Shown: positions 13,601 through 28,000 of the stretch, piece after piece | Layout of the letters: every line of letters starts with the position of its first letter | Numbering within the stretch: position 1 is the first letter of the stretch | Origin: Eledone cirrhosa | Lineage: Eukaryota | Reading direction: 5' to 3' | NCBI GenBank assembly: GCA_964016885.1 | Contig: OZ024740.1 | Location: 137,330,001 to 137,394,000 of the forward strand | Length of the DNA: 64,000 bases | Made by a program: the position numbers and the translations under genes | The notes under the pieces: model-generated | What the model was told of the DNA's origin: nothing | The model's database searches: none | What the model saw: only the letters and a program-made list of their open reading frames with translations

Positions 13601-16600
13601 TCTCTCTTATCACTTTTCTCTCAATCTCCAATTCTCTCTTTCTCTTATCACTTTTCTCTCAAACTCCAATTCTCTCTTTCTCTCATCACATTTCTCTCAA
13701 TCTCCAATTCTTTCTTTCTCTTATCAGTTTTCTCTCAATCTGTAATTCTCTCTTTCTCTTATCACTTTTCTCTCAATCTCCAATTCTCTCTTTCTCTTCT
13801 CACTTTTCCCCTAATCTCCAATTCTCTCTTTCTCTCATCACTTTTCTCTCAATATCCAATTCTCTCTTTCTCTTATCACTTTTCTCTCAATCTCCAATTC
13901 TCTCTTTCTGTTATCACTTTTCTCTGAATCACCAATTCTCTCTTTCTCTTATCCATTTTCTCTCAATCTGCAATTCTCTCTTTCTTTTCTCACTTTTCCC
14001 CCAATCTCCAATTCTCTCTTTCTCTTCACACTTTTCCCCCAATCTCCAATTCTCTCTTTCTCTTCACACTTTTCCCCCAATCTCCAATTCTCTCTTTCTC
14101 TTCTCACTTTTCTCTCAATCTCCAGTTCTCTCTTTCTCTTATCACTTTTCTCTCAATCTCCAATCCTCTCTTTCTCTTATCACTTTTCTCTCAATCACTT
14201 TTCTCTCCATCTCCAATTCTCTCTTTCTCTTATCACTTTTCTCTCAATCTCCATTTCTCTCTTTCTCTTATCACTTTTCTCTCAATCTCCAATTCTCTCT
14301 TTCTCTTATCACTTTCCTCTCAATCTCCAATTCTCTCTTTCTCTTCTCACTTTTCCCCCAATCTCCAATTCTCTCTTTCCCTTATCACTTTTCTCTCAAT
14401 CTCCAATTCTCTCTTTCTCTTATCACTTTTCTCTCAATCTCCAATTCTCTCTTTCTCTTATCACTTTTCTCTCAATCTCCAACTCTCTCTTTCTCTTATC
14501 ACTTTTCTCTCAATCTCCAATTCTCTCTTTCTCTTATCACTTTTCTCTCAATCTCCAATTCTCTCTTTCTCTTATCACTTTTCTCTCAATCTCTAATTCT
14601 CTCTTTCTCTTATCACTTTTCTCTCAATCTCCAATTCTCTCTTTCTCTTATCACTTTTCTCTCAATCAACAATTTTCTCTTTCTCTTATCACTTTTCCGC
14701 CAATCTCTAATTCTCTCTTTTTCTTATCACTTTTCTCTCAATCTGCAATTCTCTCTTTCTCTTATTACTTTTCTCTCAATCTCCAATTCTCTCTTTCTCT
14801 TCTCACTTTTCCCCTAATCTCCAATTCTCTCTTTCTCTTATCACTTTTCTCTCAATCTCCAATCCTCTCTTTCTGTTCTCAGTTTTCCCCAAATCTCCAA
14901 TTCTCTCTTTCTCTTATCACTTTTCTCTCAATCTCCCATTCTCTCTCTCTCTTATCACTTTTCTCTCAATCTCCAATTCTCTCTTTCTCTTATCCATTTT
15001 CTCTCAATCTGCAATTCTCTCTTTCTTTTCTCACTTTTCTCTCAATCTCCAATTCTCTCTTTCTCTTATCAGTTTTCTCTCAATCTGCAATTCTCTCTTT
15101 CTCTTATCACTTTTCTCTCAATCTCCAATTCTCTCTTTCTGTTCTCAGTTTTCCCCCAATCTCCAATTCTCTATTTCTCTTAGCACTTTTCTCTCAATCC
15201 CCCATTCTCTCCCTCTCTTATCACTTTTCTCTCAATCTCCAATTCTCTCTTTCTCTTATCACTTTTCTCTCAATCTCCAATTCTCTCTTTCTCTTATCAC
15301 TTTTCTCTCAATCTCCAATTCTCTCTTTCTCTTATCAGTTTTCTCTCAATCTGCAATTCTCTCTTTCTCTTATCACTTTTCTCTCAATCTCCAATTCTCT
15401 CTTTCTCTTCTCACTTTTCCCCTAATCTCCAAATCTCTCTTTCTCTTATCACTTTTCTCTCAATCTCCAATTCTCTCTTTCTCTTATCAGTTTTCTCTCA
15501 ATCTCCAATTCTCTCTTTCTCTTATCACTTTTCTCTCAATCTCCGATTCTCTCTTTCTCTTATCAGTTTTCTCTCAATCTGCAATTCTCTCTTTCTCTTA
15601 TCACTTTTCTCTCAATCTCCAATTCTCTCTTTCTCTTCTCACTTCTCCCCTAATCTCCAATTCTCTCTTTCTCTTATCACTTTTCTCTCAATCTCCAATT
15701 CTCTCTTTCTCTTATCACTTTTCTCTCAATCTCAATTCTCTCTTTCTCTTATCACTTTTCTCTCAATCTCCAATTCTCTCTTTCTCTTATCCATTTTCTC
15801 TCAATCTGCAATTCTCTCTTTCTTTTCTCACTTTTCCCCCAATCTCCAATTCTCTCTTTCTCTTCACACTTTCCCCCCAATCTCCAATTCTCTCTTTCTC
15901 TTCACACTTTTCCCCCAATCTCCAATTCTCTCTTTCTCTTATCACTTTTCTCTCAATCTCCAATTCTTTCTTTCTCTTATCACTTTTCTCTCAATCTCCA
16001 ACTCTCTCTTTCTCTTATCCCTTTTCTCTCAATCTCCAAATCTCTCTTTCTCTTCACACTTTTCCCCCAATCTCCAATTCTCTCTTTCTCTTCACACTTT
16101 TCCCCCAAATTCCAATTCTCTCTTTCTCTTCTCACTTTTCTCTCAATCTCCAGTTCTCTCTTTCTCTTATCACTTTTCTCTCAATCTCCAATCCGCTCTT
16201 TCTCTTATCACTTTTCTCTCAATCACTTTTCTCTCCATCTCCAATTCTCTCTTTCTCTTATCACTTTTCTCTCAATCTCCAATTCTCTCTTTCTCTTATC
16301 ACTTTTCTCTCAATCTCCAATTCTCTCTTTCTCTCAATCACTTTTCTCTCCATCTCCAATTCTCTCTTTCTCTTATCACTTTTCTCTCAATCTCCAATTC
16401 TCTCTTTCTCTTATCACTTTTCTCTCAATCTCCAATTCTCTCTTTCTCTTATCACTTTCCTCTCAATCTCCAATTCTCTCTTTCTCTTCTCACTTTTCCC
16501 CCAATCTCCAATTCTCTCTTTCTCTTATCACTTTTCTCTCAATCTCCAATTCTCTCTTTCTCTTATCACTTTTCTCTCAATCTCCAATTCTCCCTTTCTC

Positions 16601-19600
16601 TTATCACTTTTCTATCAATCTCCAACTCTCTCTTTCTCTTATCCCTTTTCTCTCAATCTCCAATTATCTCTTTCTCTTATCACTTTTCTCTCAATCTCCA
16701 ATTCTCTCTTTCTCTTCTCATTTTCCCCCAATCTCCAATTCTCTTTTTCTCTTTACACTTTTCCCCAACCAACAAATTCTCTCTTTCTCTTATCACTTTT
16801 CTCTCAATCTCCAATTCTCTCTTCCCTTCTCACTTTTCTCTCAATCTCCAATTCTCTCTTTCTCTTCTCACTTTTCTCTCAATCTCCAATCCTCTCTTTC
16901 TGTTCTCAGTTTTCCCCAAATCTCCAATTCTCTCTTTCTCTTACCACTTTTCTCTCAATCTCCCATTCTCTCTCTCTCTTATCACTTTTCTCTCAATCTC
17001 CAATTCTCTCTTTCTCTTATCCATTTTCTCTCAATCTGCAATTCTCTCTTTCTTTTCTCACTTTTCCCCCAATCTCCAATTCTCTCATTCTCTTCACACT
17101 TTTCCCCCAATCTCCAATTCTCTCTTTCTCTTCTCACTTTTCTCCCAATCTCCAATTCTCTCTTTCTCTTATCACTTTTCTCTCAATCTCCAATTCTCTC
17201 TTTCTCTTATCACTTTTCTCTCAATCTCCAACTCTCTCTTTCTCTTATCCCTTTTCTCTCAATCTCCAATTCTCTCTTTCTCTTCTCACTTTTCTCTCAA
17301 TCTCCAATCCTCTCTTTCTGTTCTCAGTATTCCCCCAATCTCCAATTCTCTATTTCTCTTAGCACTTTTCTCTCAATCCCCCATTCTCTCTCTCTCTTAT
17401 CACTTTTCTCTCAATCTCCAATTCTCTCTTTCTCTTATCACTTTTCTCTCAAACTCCAATTCTCTCTTTCTCTCATCACATTTCTCTCAATCTCCAATTC
17501 TTTCTTTCTCTTATCAGTTTTCTCTCAATCTGTAATTCTCTCTTTCTCTTCTCACTTTTCCCCCAATCTCCAATTCTCTCTTTCTCTTCTCACTTTTCCC
17601 CTAATCTCCAATTCTCTCTTTCTCTCATCACTTTTCTCTCAATATCCAATTCTCTCTTTCTCTTATCACTTTTCTCTCAATCTCCAATTCTCTCTTTCTG
17701 TTATCACTTTTCTCTGAATCACCAATTCTCTCTTTCTCTTATCCATTTTCTCTCAATCTGCAATTCTCTCTTTCTTTTCTCACTTTTCCCCCAATCTCCA
17801 ATTCTCTCTTTCTCTTCACACTTTTCCCCCAATCTCCAATTCTCTCTTTCTCTTCACACATTTCCCCCAATCTCCAATTCTCTCTTTCTCTTCTCACTTT
17901 TCTCTCAATCTCCAGTTCTCTCTTTCTCTTATCACTTTTCTCTCAATCTCCAATCCTCTCTTTCTCTTATCACTTTTCTCTCAATCACTTTTCTCTCCAT
18001 CTCCAATTCTCTCTTTCTCTTATCACTTTTCTCTCAATCTCCATTTCTCTCTTTCTCTTATCACTTTTCTCTCAATCTCCAATTCTCTCTTTCTCTTATC
18101 ACTTTCCTCTCAATCTCCAATTCTCTCTTTCTCTTCTCACTTTTCCCCCAATCTCCAATTCTCTCTTTCCCTTATCACTTTTCTCTCAATCTCAAATTCT
18201 CTCTTTCTCTTATCACTTTTCTCTCAATCTCCAATTCTCTCTTTCTCTTATCACTTTTCTCTCAATCTCCAACTCTCTCTTTCTCTTATCACTTTTCTCT
18301 CAATCTCCAATTCTCTCTTTCTCTTATCACTTTTCTCTCAACCTCCAATTCTCTCTTTCTCTTATCACTTTTCTCTCAATCTCTAATTCTCTCTTTCTCT
18401 TATCACTTTTCTCTCAATCTCCAATTCTCTCTTTCTCTTATCACTTTTCTCTCAATCAACAATTTTCTCTTTCTCTTATCACTTTTCCGCCAATCTCCAA
18501 TTCTCTCTTTTTCTTATCACTTTTCTCTCAATCTGCAATTCTCTCTTTCTCTTATTACTTTTCTCTCAATCTCCAATTCTCTCTTTCTCTTCTCACTTTT
18601 CCCCTAATCTCCAATTCTCTCTTTCTCTTATCACTTTTCTCTCAATCTCCAATCCTCTCTTTCTGTTCTCAGTTTTCCCCCAATCTCCAATTCTCTATTT
18701 CTCTTATCACTTTTCTCTCAATCTCCAATTCTCTCTTTCTCTTATCACTTTTCTCTCAATCTCCAATTCTCTCTTTCTCTTATCACTTTTCTCTCAATCT
18801 CCAACTCTCTCTTTCTCTTATCAGTTTTCTCTCAATCTGCAATTCTCTCTTTCTCTTATCACTTTTCTCTCAATCTCCAATTCTCTCTTTCTCTTCTCAC
18901 TTTTCCCCTAATCTCCAATTCTCTCTTTCTCTTATCACTTTTCTCTCAATCTCCAATTCTCTCTTTCTCTTATCACTTTTCTCTCAATCTCCAATTCTCT
19001 CTTTCTCTCATCCATTTTCTCTCAATCTGCAATTCTCTCTTTCTTTTCTCACTTTTCCCCCAATCTCCAATTCTCTCTTTCTCTTCACACTTTTCCCCCA
19101 ATCTCCAATTCTCTCATTCTCTTCACACTTTTCCCCCAATCTCCAATTCTCTCTTTCTCTTCTCACTTTTCTCTCAATCTCCAATCCTCTCTTTCTGTTC
19201 TCAGTTTTCGCCCAATCTCCAATTCTCTATTTCTCTTAGCACTTTTCTCTCAATCCCCCATTCTCTCTCTCTCTTATCACTTTTCTCTCAATCTCCAATT
19301 CTCTCTTTCTCTTCTCACTTTTCTCTCAATCTCCAATTCTCTCTTTCTCTTATCACTTTTCTCTCAATCTCCAATTCTCTCTTTCTCTTATCACTTTTCT
19401 CTCAATCTCCAATTCTCTCTTTCTCTTATCACTTTTCTCTCAATCTCCATTTCTCTCTTTCTCTTATCACTTTTCTCTCAATCTCAATTCTCTCTTTCTC
19501 TAATCACTTTTCTCTCAATCTCCAATTCTCTCTTTCTCTTATCCATTTTCTCTCAATCTGCAATTCTCTCTTTCTTTTCTCACTTTTCCCCCAATCTCCA

Positions 19601-22600
19601 ATTCTCTCTTTCTCTTCACACTTTTCCCCCAATCTCCAATTCTCTCTTTCTCTTCACACTTTTCCCCCAATCTCCAATTCTCTCTTTCTCTTCTCACTTT
19701 TCTCTCAATCTCCAATTCTCTCTTTCACTTATCACTTTTCTCTCAATCTCCAATTCTTTCTTTCTCTTATCACTTTTCTCTCAATCTCCAACTCTCTCTT
19801 TCTCTTATCCCTTTTCTCTCAATCTCCAATTCTCTCTTTCTCTTCTCACTTTTCTCTCAATCTCCAATCCTCTCTTTCTGTTCTCAGTTTTCCCCCAATC
19901 TCCAATTCTCTATTTCTCTTAGCACTTTTCTCTCAATCCCCCATTCTCTCTCTCTCTTATCACTTTTCTCTCAATCTCCAATTCTCTCTTTCTCTTATCA
20001 CTTTTCTCTCAAACTCCAATTCTCTCTTTCTCTCATCACATTTCTCTCAATCTCCAATTCTCTCTTTCTCTTATCAGTTTTCTCTCAATCTGCAATTCTC
20101 TCTTTCTCTTATCACTTTTCTCTCAATCTCCAATTCTCTCTTTCTCTTCTCACTTTTCCCCTAATCTCCAATTCTCTCTTTCTCTTATCACTTTTCTCTC
20201 AATCTCCAATTCTCTCTTTCTCTTATCACCTTTCTCTCAATCTCCAATTCTCTCTTTCTGTTATCACTTTTCTCTGAATCTCCAATTCTCTCTTTCTCTT
20301 ATCCATTTTCTCTCAATCTGCAATTCTCTCTTTCTTTTCTCACTTTTCCCCCAATCTCCAATTCTCTCTTTCTCTTCACACTTTTCCCCCAATCTCCAAT
20401 TCTCTCTTTCTCTTCACACTTTTCCCCCAATCTCCAATTCTCTCTTTCTCTTCTCACTTTTCTCTCAATCTCCAGTTCTCTCTTTCTCTTATCACTTTTC
20501 TCTCAATCTCCAATCCTCTCTTTCTCTTATCACTTTTCTCTCAATCTCCAATTCTCTCTTTCTCTTATCACTTTTCTCTCAATCTCCAATTCTCTCTTTC
20601 TCTTATCACTTTCCTCTCAATCTCCAATTCTCTCTTTCTCTTCTCACTTTTCCCCCAATCTCCAATTCTCTCTTTCTCTCATCACTTTTCTCTCAATCTC
20701 CATATCTCTCTTTCTCTTATCACTTTTCTCTTAATCTCCAATTCTCCCTTTCTCTTATCACTTTTCTCTCAATCTCCAACTCTCTCTTTCTCTTATCCCT
20801 TTTCTCTCAATCTCCAATTATCTCTTTCTCTTATCACTTTTCTCTCAATCTCCAATTCTCTCTTTCTCTTCTCATTTTCCCCCAATCTCCAATTCTCTTT
20901 TTCTGTTTACACTTTTCCCCAACCTCCAATTCTCTCTTTCTCTTATCACTTTTCTCTCAATCTCCAATTCTCTCTTCCCTTCTCACTTTTCTCTCAATCT
21001 CCAATTCTCTCTTTCTCTTCTCACTTTTCTCTCAATCTCCAATCCTCTCTTTCTGTTCTCAGTTTTCCCCAAATCTCCAATCCTCTCTTTCTCTTATCAC
21101 TTTTCTCTCAATCTCCCATTCTCTCTCTCTCTTATCACTTTTCTCTCAATCTCCAATTCTCTCTTTCTCTTATCCATTTTCCCTCAATCTCCAATTCTCT
21201 CTTTCTCTTCACACTTTTCCCCCAATCTCCAATTCTCTCATTCTCTTCACACTTTTCCCCCAATCTCCAATTCTCTCTTTCTCTTCTCACTTTTCTCTCA
21301 ATCTCCAATTCTCTCTTTCTGTTATCACTTTTCTCTCAATCTCCAATTCTCTCTTTCTCTTATCACTTTTCTTTCAATCTCCAACTCTCTCTTTCTCTTA
21401 TCCCTTTTCTCTCAATCTCCAATTCTCTCTTTCTCTTCTCACTTTTCTCTCAATCTCCAATTCTCTCTTTCTCTTATCACTTTTCTCTCAATCCCCCATT
21501 CTCTCTCTCTCTTATCACTTTTCTCTCAATCTCCAATTCTCTCTTTCTCTTATCACTTTTCTCTCAAACTCCAATTCTTTCTTTCTCTCATCACATTTCT
21601 CTCAATCTCCAATTCTCTCTTTCTCTTATCAGTTTTCTCTCAATCTGCAATTCTCTCTTTCTCTCATCACTTTTCTCTCAATATCCAATTCTCTCTTTCT
21701 CTTATCACTTTTCTCTCAATCTCCAATTCTCTCTTTCTGTTATCACTTTTCTCTGAATCTCCAATTCTCTCTTTCTCTTATCCATTTTCTCTCAATCTGC
21801 AATTCTCTCTTCCTTTTCTCACTTTTCCCCCAATCTCCAATTCTCTCTTTCTCTTCACACTTTTCCCCCAATCTCCAATGCTCTCTTTCTCTTCACACTT
21901 TTCCCCCAATCTCCAATTCTCTCTTTCTCTTCTCACTTTTCTCTCAATCTCCAGTTCTCTCTTTCTCTTATCACTTTTCTCTCAATCTCCAATCCTCTCT
22001 TTCTCTTATCACTTTTCTCTCAATCACTTTTCTCTCCATCTCCAATTCTCTCTTTCTCTTATCACTTTTCTCTCAATCTCCAATTCTCTCTTTCTCTTAT
22101 CACTTTTCTCTCAATCTCCAATTCTCTCTTTCTCTCAATCTCTTTTCTCTCCATCTCCAATTCTCTCTTTCTCTTATCACTTTTCTCTCAATCTCCAATT
22201 CTCTCTTTCTCTTATCACCTTTCTCTCAATCTCCAATTCTCTCTTTCTCTTATCACTTTCCTCTCAATCTCCAATTCTCTCTTTCTCTTCTCACTTTTCC
22301 CCCAATCTCCAATTCTCTCTTTCTCTTATCACTTTTCTCTCAATCTCCAATTCTCTCTTTCTCTTATCACTTTTCTCTCAATCTCCAATTCTCCCTTTCT
22401 CTTATCACTTTTCTCTCAATCTCCAACTCTCTCTTTCTCTTATCCCTTTTCTCTCAATCTCCAATTATCTCTTTCTCTTATCACTTTTCTCTCAATCTCC
22501 AATTCTCTCTTTCTCTTCTCATTTTCCCCCAATCTCCAATTCTCTTTTTCTCTTTACACTTTTCCCCAACCAACAAATTCTCTCTTTCTCTTATCACTTT

Positions 22601-25090
22601 TCTCTCAATCTCCAATTCTCTCTTCCCTTCTCACTTTTCTCTCAATCTCCAATTCTCTCTTTCTCTTCTCACTTTTCTCTCAATCTCCAATCCTCTCTTT
22701 CTGTTCTCAGTTTTCCCCAAATCTCCAATTCTCTCTTTCTCTTATCACTTTTCTCTCAATCTCCCATTCTCTCTCTCTCTTATCACTTTTCTCTCAATCC
22801 CCAATTCTCTCTTTCTCTTATCCATTTTCTCTCAATCTGCAATTCTCTCTTTCTTTTCTCACTTTTCCCCCAATCTCCAATTCTCTCATTCTCTTCACAC
22901 TTTTCCCCCAATCTCCAATTCTCTCTTTCTCTTCTCACTTTTCTCCCAATCTCCAATTCTCTCTTTCTCTTATCACTTTTCTCTCAATCTCCAATTCTCT
23001 CTTTCTCTTATCACTTTTCTCTCAATCTCCAACTCTCTCTTTCTCTTATCCCTTTTCTCTCAATCTCCAATTCTCTCTTTCTCTTCTCACTTTTCTCTCA
23101 ATCTCCAATCCTCTCTTTCTGTTCTCAGTATTCCCCCAATCTCCAATTCTCTATTTCTCTTAGCACTTTTCTCTCAATCCCCCATTCTCTCTCTCTCTTA
23201 TCACTTTTCTCTCAATCTCCAATTCTCTCTTTCTCTTATCACTTTTCTCTCAAACTCCAATTCTCTCTTTCTCTCATCACATTTCTCTCAATCTCCAATT
23301 CTTTCTTTCTCTTATCAGTTTTCTCTCAATCTGTAATTCTCTCTTTCTCTTATCACTTTTCTCTCAATCTCCAATTCTCTCTTTCTCTTCTCACTTTTCC
23401 CCTAATCTCCAATTCTCTCTTTCTGTTATCACTTTTCTCTGAATCACCAATTCTCTCTTTCTCTTATCCATTTTCTCTCAATCTGCAATTCTCTCTTTCT
23501 TTTCTCACTTTTCCCCCAATCTCCAATTCTCTCTTTCTCTTCACACTTTTCCCCCAATCTCCAATTCTCTCTTTCTCTTCACACTTTTCCCCCAATCTCC
23601 AATTCTCTCTTTCTCTTCTCACTTTTCTCTCAATCTCCAGTTCTCTCTTTCTCTTATCACTTTTCTCTCAATCTCCAATCCTCTCTTTCTCTTATCACTT
23701 TTCTCTCAATCACTTTTCTCTCCATCTCCAATTCTCTCTTTCTCTTATCACTTTTCTCTCAATCTCCATTTCTCTCTTTCTCTTATCACTTTTCTCTCAA
23801 TCTCCAATTCTCTCTTTCTCTTATCACTTTCCTCTCAATCTCCAATTCTCTCTTTCTCTTCTCACTTTTCCCCCAATCTCCAATTCTCTCTTTCCCTTAT
23901 CACTTTTCTCTCAATCTCCAATTCTCTCTTTCTCTTATCACTTTTCTCTCAATCTCCAATTCTCTCTTTCTCTTATCACTTTTCTCTCAATCTCCAACTC
24001 TCTCTTTCTCTTATCACTTTTCTCTCAATCTCCAATTCTCTCTTTCTCTTATCACTTTTCTCTCAATCTCCAATTCTCTCTTTCTCTTATCACTTTTCTC
24101 TCAATCTCTAATTCTCTCTTTCTCTTATCACTTTTCTCTCAATCTCCAATTCTCTCTTTCTCTTATCACTTTTCTCTCAATCAACAATTTTCTCTTTCTC
24201 TTATCACTTTTCCGCCAATCTCCAATTCTCTCTTTTTCTTATCACTTTTCTCTCAATCTGCAATTCTCTCTTTCTCTTATTACTTTTCTCTCAATCTCCA
24301 ATTCTCCCTTTCTCTTCTCACTTTTCCCCTAATCTCCAATTCTCTCTTTCTCTTATCACTTTTCTCTCAATCTCCAATCCTCTCTTTCTGTTCTCAGTTT
24401 TCCCCAAATCTCCAATTCTCTCTTTCTCTTATCACTTTTCTCTCAATCTCCCATTCTCTCTCTCTCTTATCACTTTTCTCTCAATCTCCAATTCTCTCTT
24501 TCTCTTATCACTTTTCTCTCAATCTCCCATTCTCTCTCTCTCTTATCACTTTTCTCTCAATCTCCAATTCTCTCTTTCTCTTATCCATTTTCTCTCAATC
24601 TGCAATTCTCTCTTTCTTTTCTCACTTTTCTCTCAATCTCCAATTCTCTCTTTCTCTTATCAGTTTTCTCTCAATCTGCAATTCTCTCTTTCTCTTATCA
24701 CTTTTCTCTCAATCTCCAATTCTCTCTTTCTGTTCTCAGTTTTCCCCCAATCTCCAATTCTCTATTTCTCTTAGCACTTTTCTCTCAATCCCCCATTCTC
24801 TCCCTCTCTTATCACTTTTCTCTCAATCTCCAATTCTCTCTTTCTCTTATCACTTTTCTCTCAATCTCCAATTCTCTCTTTCTCTTATCACTTTTCTCTC
24901 AATCTCCAATTCTCTCTTTCTCTTATCAGTTTTCTCTCAATCTGCAATTCTCTCTTTCTCTTATCACTTTTCTCTCAATCTCCAATTCTCTCTTTCTCTT
25001 CTCACTTTTCCCCTAATCTCCAAATCTCTCTTTCTCTTATCACTTTTCTCTCAATCTCCAATTCTCTCTTTCTCTTATCAGTTTTCTCTC
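10050..25090. repeat. Duplicated block of about 5.5 kb at offset about 9.4-9.6 kb (about 10050-15490 and 19450-25090)
   Basis: TTTCAATC 11781/21372, AACAAATT 12981/22572 and AAATCTCTCT 15431/25022 are at offset 9591. CCATATCTC 11301/20704 is at offset 9403. Confidence 0.8.
12251..18680. repeat. Duplicated block of about 2.64 kb at offset 3790 (about 12251-14890 and 16041-18680)
   Basis: AACAAATT 12981/16771, TGTAATT 13741/17531 and TTCCGCC (G at 14699/18489) are all at offset 3790. The copies diverge at 14891/18681. Confidence 0.85.
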
Positions 25091-28000
25091 AATCTGCAAT
25101 TCTCTCTTTCTCTTCACACTTTTCCCCCAATCTCCAATTCTCTCATTCTCTTCACACTTTTCCCCCAATCTCCAATTCTCTCTTTCTCTTCTCACTTTTC
25201 TCTCAATCTCCAATCCTCTCTTTCTGTTCTCAGTTTTCCCCCAATCTCCAATTCTCTATTTCTCTTAGCACTTTTCTCTCAATCCCCCATTCTCTCTCTC
25301 TCTTATCACTTTTCTCTCAATCTCCAATTCTCTCTTTCTCTTCTCACTTTTCTCTCAATCTCCAATTCTCTCTTTCTCTTATCACTTTTCTCTCAATCTC
25401 CAATTCTCTCTTTCTCTTATCACTTTTCTCTCAATCTCCAATTCTCTCTTTCTCTTATCAGTTTTCTCTCAATCTGCAATTCTCTCTTTCTCTTATCACT
25501 TTTCTCTCAATCTCCAATTCTCTCTTTCTCTTCTCACTTTTCCCCTAATCTCCAATTCTCTCTTTCTCTTATCACTTTTCTCTCAATCTCCAATTCTCTC
25601 TTTCTCTTATCACTTTTCTCTCAATCTCAATTCTCTCTTTCTCTTATCACTTTTCTCTAAATCTCCAATTCTCTCTTTCTCTTATCCATTTTCTCTCAAT
25701 CTGCAATTCTCTCTTTCTTTTCTCACTTTTCCCCCAATCTCCAATTCTCTCTTTCTCTTCACACTTTTCCCCCAATCTCCAATTCTCTCTTTCTCTTCAC
25801 ACTTTTCCCCCAATCTCCAATTCTCTCTTTCTCTTCTCACTTTTCTCTCAATCTCCAGTTCTCTCTTTCTCTTATCACTTTTCTCTCAATCTCCAATCCT
25901 CTCTTTCTCTTATCACTTTTCTCTCAATCACTTTTCTCTCCATCTCCAATTCTCTCTTTCTCTTATCACTTTTCTCTCAATCTCCATTTCTCTCTTTCTC
26001 TTATCACTTTTCTCTCAATCTCCAATTCTCTCTTTCTCTTATCACTTTCCTCTCAATCTCCAATTCTCTCTTTCTCTTCTCACTTTTCCCCCAATCTCCA
26101 ATTCTCTCTTTCCCTTATCACTTTTCTCTCAATCTCCAATTCTCTCTTTCTCTTATCACTTTTCTCTCAATCTCCAATTCTCTCTTTCTCTTATCACTTT
26201 TCTCTCAATCTCCAACTCTCTCTTTCTCTTATCACTTTTCTCTCAATCTCCAATTCTCTCTTTCTCTTATCACTTTTCTCTCAATCTCCAATTCTCTCTT
26301 TCTCTTATCACTTTTCTCTCAATCTCTAATTCTCTCTTTCTCTTATCACTTTTCTCTCAATCTCCAATTCTCTCTTTCTCTTATCACTTTTCTCTCAATC
26401 AACAATTTTCTCTTTCTCTTATCACTTTTCCGCCAATCTCCAATTCTCTCTTTTTCTTATCACTTTTCTCTCAATCTGCAATTCTCTCTTTCTCTTATTA
26501 CTTTTCTCTCAATCTCCAATTCTCTCTTTCTCTTCTCACTTTTCCCCTAATCTCCAATTCTCTCTTTCTCTTATCACTTTTCTCTCAATCTCCAATCCTC
26601 TCTTTCTGTTCTCAGTTTTCCCCAAATCTCCAATTCTCTCTTTCTCTTATCACTTTTCTCTCAATCTCCCATTCTCTCTCTCTCTTATCACTTTTCTCTC
26701 AATCTCCAATTCTCTCTTTCTCTTATCCATTTTCTCTCAATCTGCAATTCTCTCTTTCTTTTCTCACTTTTCTCTCAATCTCCAATTCTCTCTTTCTCTT
26801 ATCAGTTTTCTCTCAATCTGCAATTCTCTCTTTCTCTTATCACTTTTCTCTCAATCTCCAATTCTCTCTTTCTGTTCTCAGATTTACCCCAATCTCCAAT
26901 TCTCTATTTCTCTTAGCACTTTTCTCTCAATCCCCCATTCTCTCTCTCTCTTATCACTTTTCTCTCAATCTCCAATTCTCTCTTTCTCTTCTCACTTTTC
27001 TCTCAATCTCCAATTCTCTCTTTCTCTTATCACTTTTCTCTCAATCTCCAATTCTCTCTTTCTCTTATCACTTTTCTCTCAATCTCCAATTCTCTCTTTC
27101 TCTTATCAGTTTTCTCTCAATCTGCAATTCTCTCTTTCTCTTATCACTTTTCTCTCAATCTCCAATTCTCTCTTTCTCTTCTCACTTTTCCCCTAATCTC
27201 CAATTCTCTCTTTCTCTTATCACTTTTCTCTCAATCTCCAATTCTCTCTTTCTCTTATCACTTTTCTCTCAATCTCAATTCTCTCTTTCTCTTATCACTT
27301 TTCTCTCAATCTCCAATTCTCTCTTTCTCTTATCCATTTTCTCTCAATCTGCAATTCTCTCTTTCTTTTCTCACTTTTCCCCCAATCTCCAATTCTCTCT
27401 TTCTCTTCACACTTTCCCCCCAATCTCCAATTCTCTCTTTCTCTTCACACTTTTCCCCCAATCTCCAATTCTCTCTTTCTCTTCTCAATTTTCTCTCAAT
27501 CTCCAATTCTCTCTTTCTCTTATCACTTTTCTCTCAATCTCCAATTCTTTCTTTCTCTTATCACTTTTCTCTCAATCTCCAACTCTCTCTTTCTCTTATC
27601 CCTTTTCTCTCAATCTCCAAATCTCTCTTTCTCTTCACACTTTTCCCCCAATCTCCAATTCTCTCTTTCTCTTCACACTTTTCCCCCAATCTCCAATTCT
27701 CTCTTTCTCTTCTCACTTTTCTCTCAATCTCCAGTTCTCTCTTTCTCTTATCACTTTTCTCTCAATTTCCAATCCTCTCTTTCTCTTATCACTTTTCTCT
27801 CAATCACTTTTCTCTCAATCTCCAATTCTCTCTTTCTCTTATCACTTTTCTCTCAATCTCCAATTCTCTCTTTCTCTTATCACTTTTCTCTCAATCTCCA
27901 ATTCTCTCTTTCTCTCAATCACTTTTCTCTCCATCTCCAATTCTCTCTTTCTCTTATCACTTTTCTCTCAATCTCCAATTCTCTCTTTCTCTTATCACTT

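Noticed and set aside
21878-25660. 1260-aa ORF as a real membrane or repeat protein
   Set aside because: It is a translation of the satellite. The 38-bp period is not a multiple of 3, so all frames give the same peptide. The G-free consensus has no stops, the start is a point variant, and there is no unique domain.
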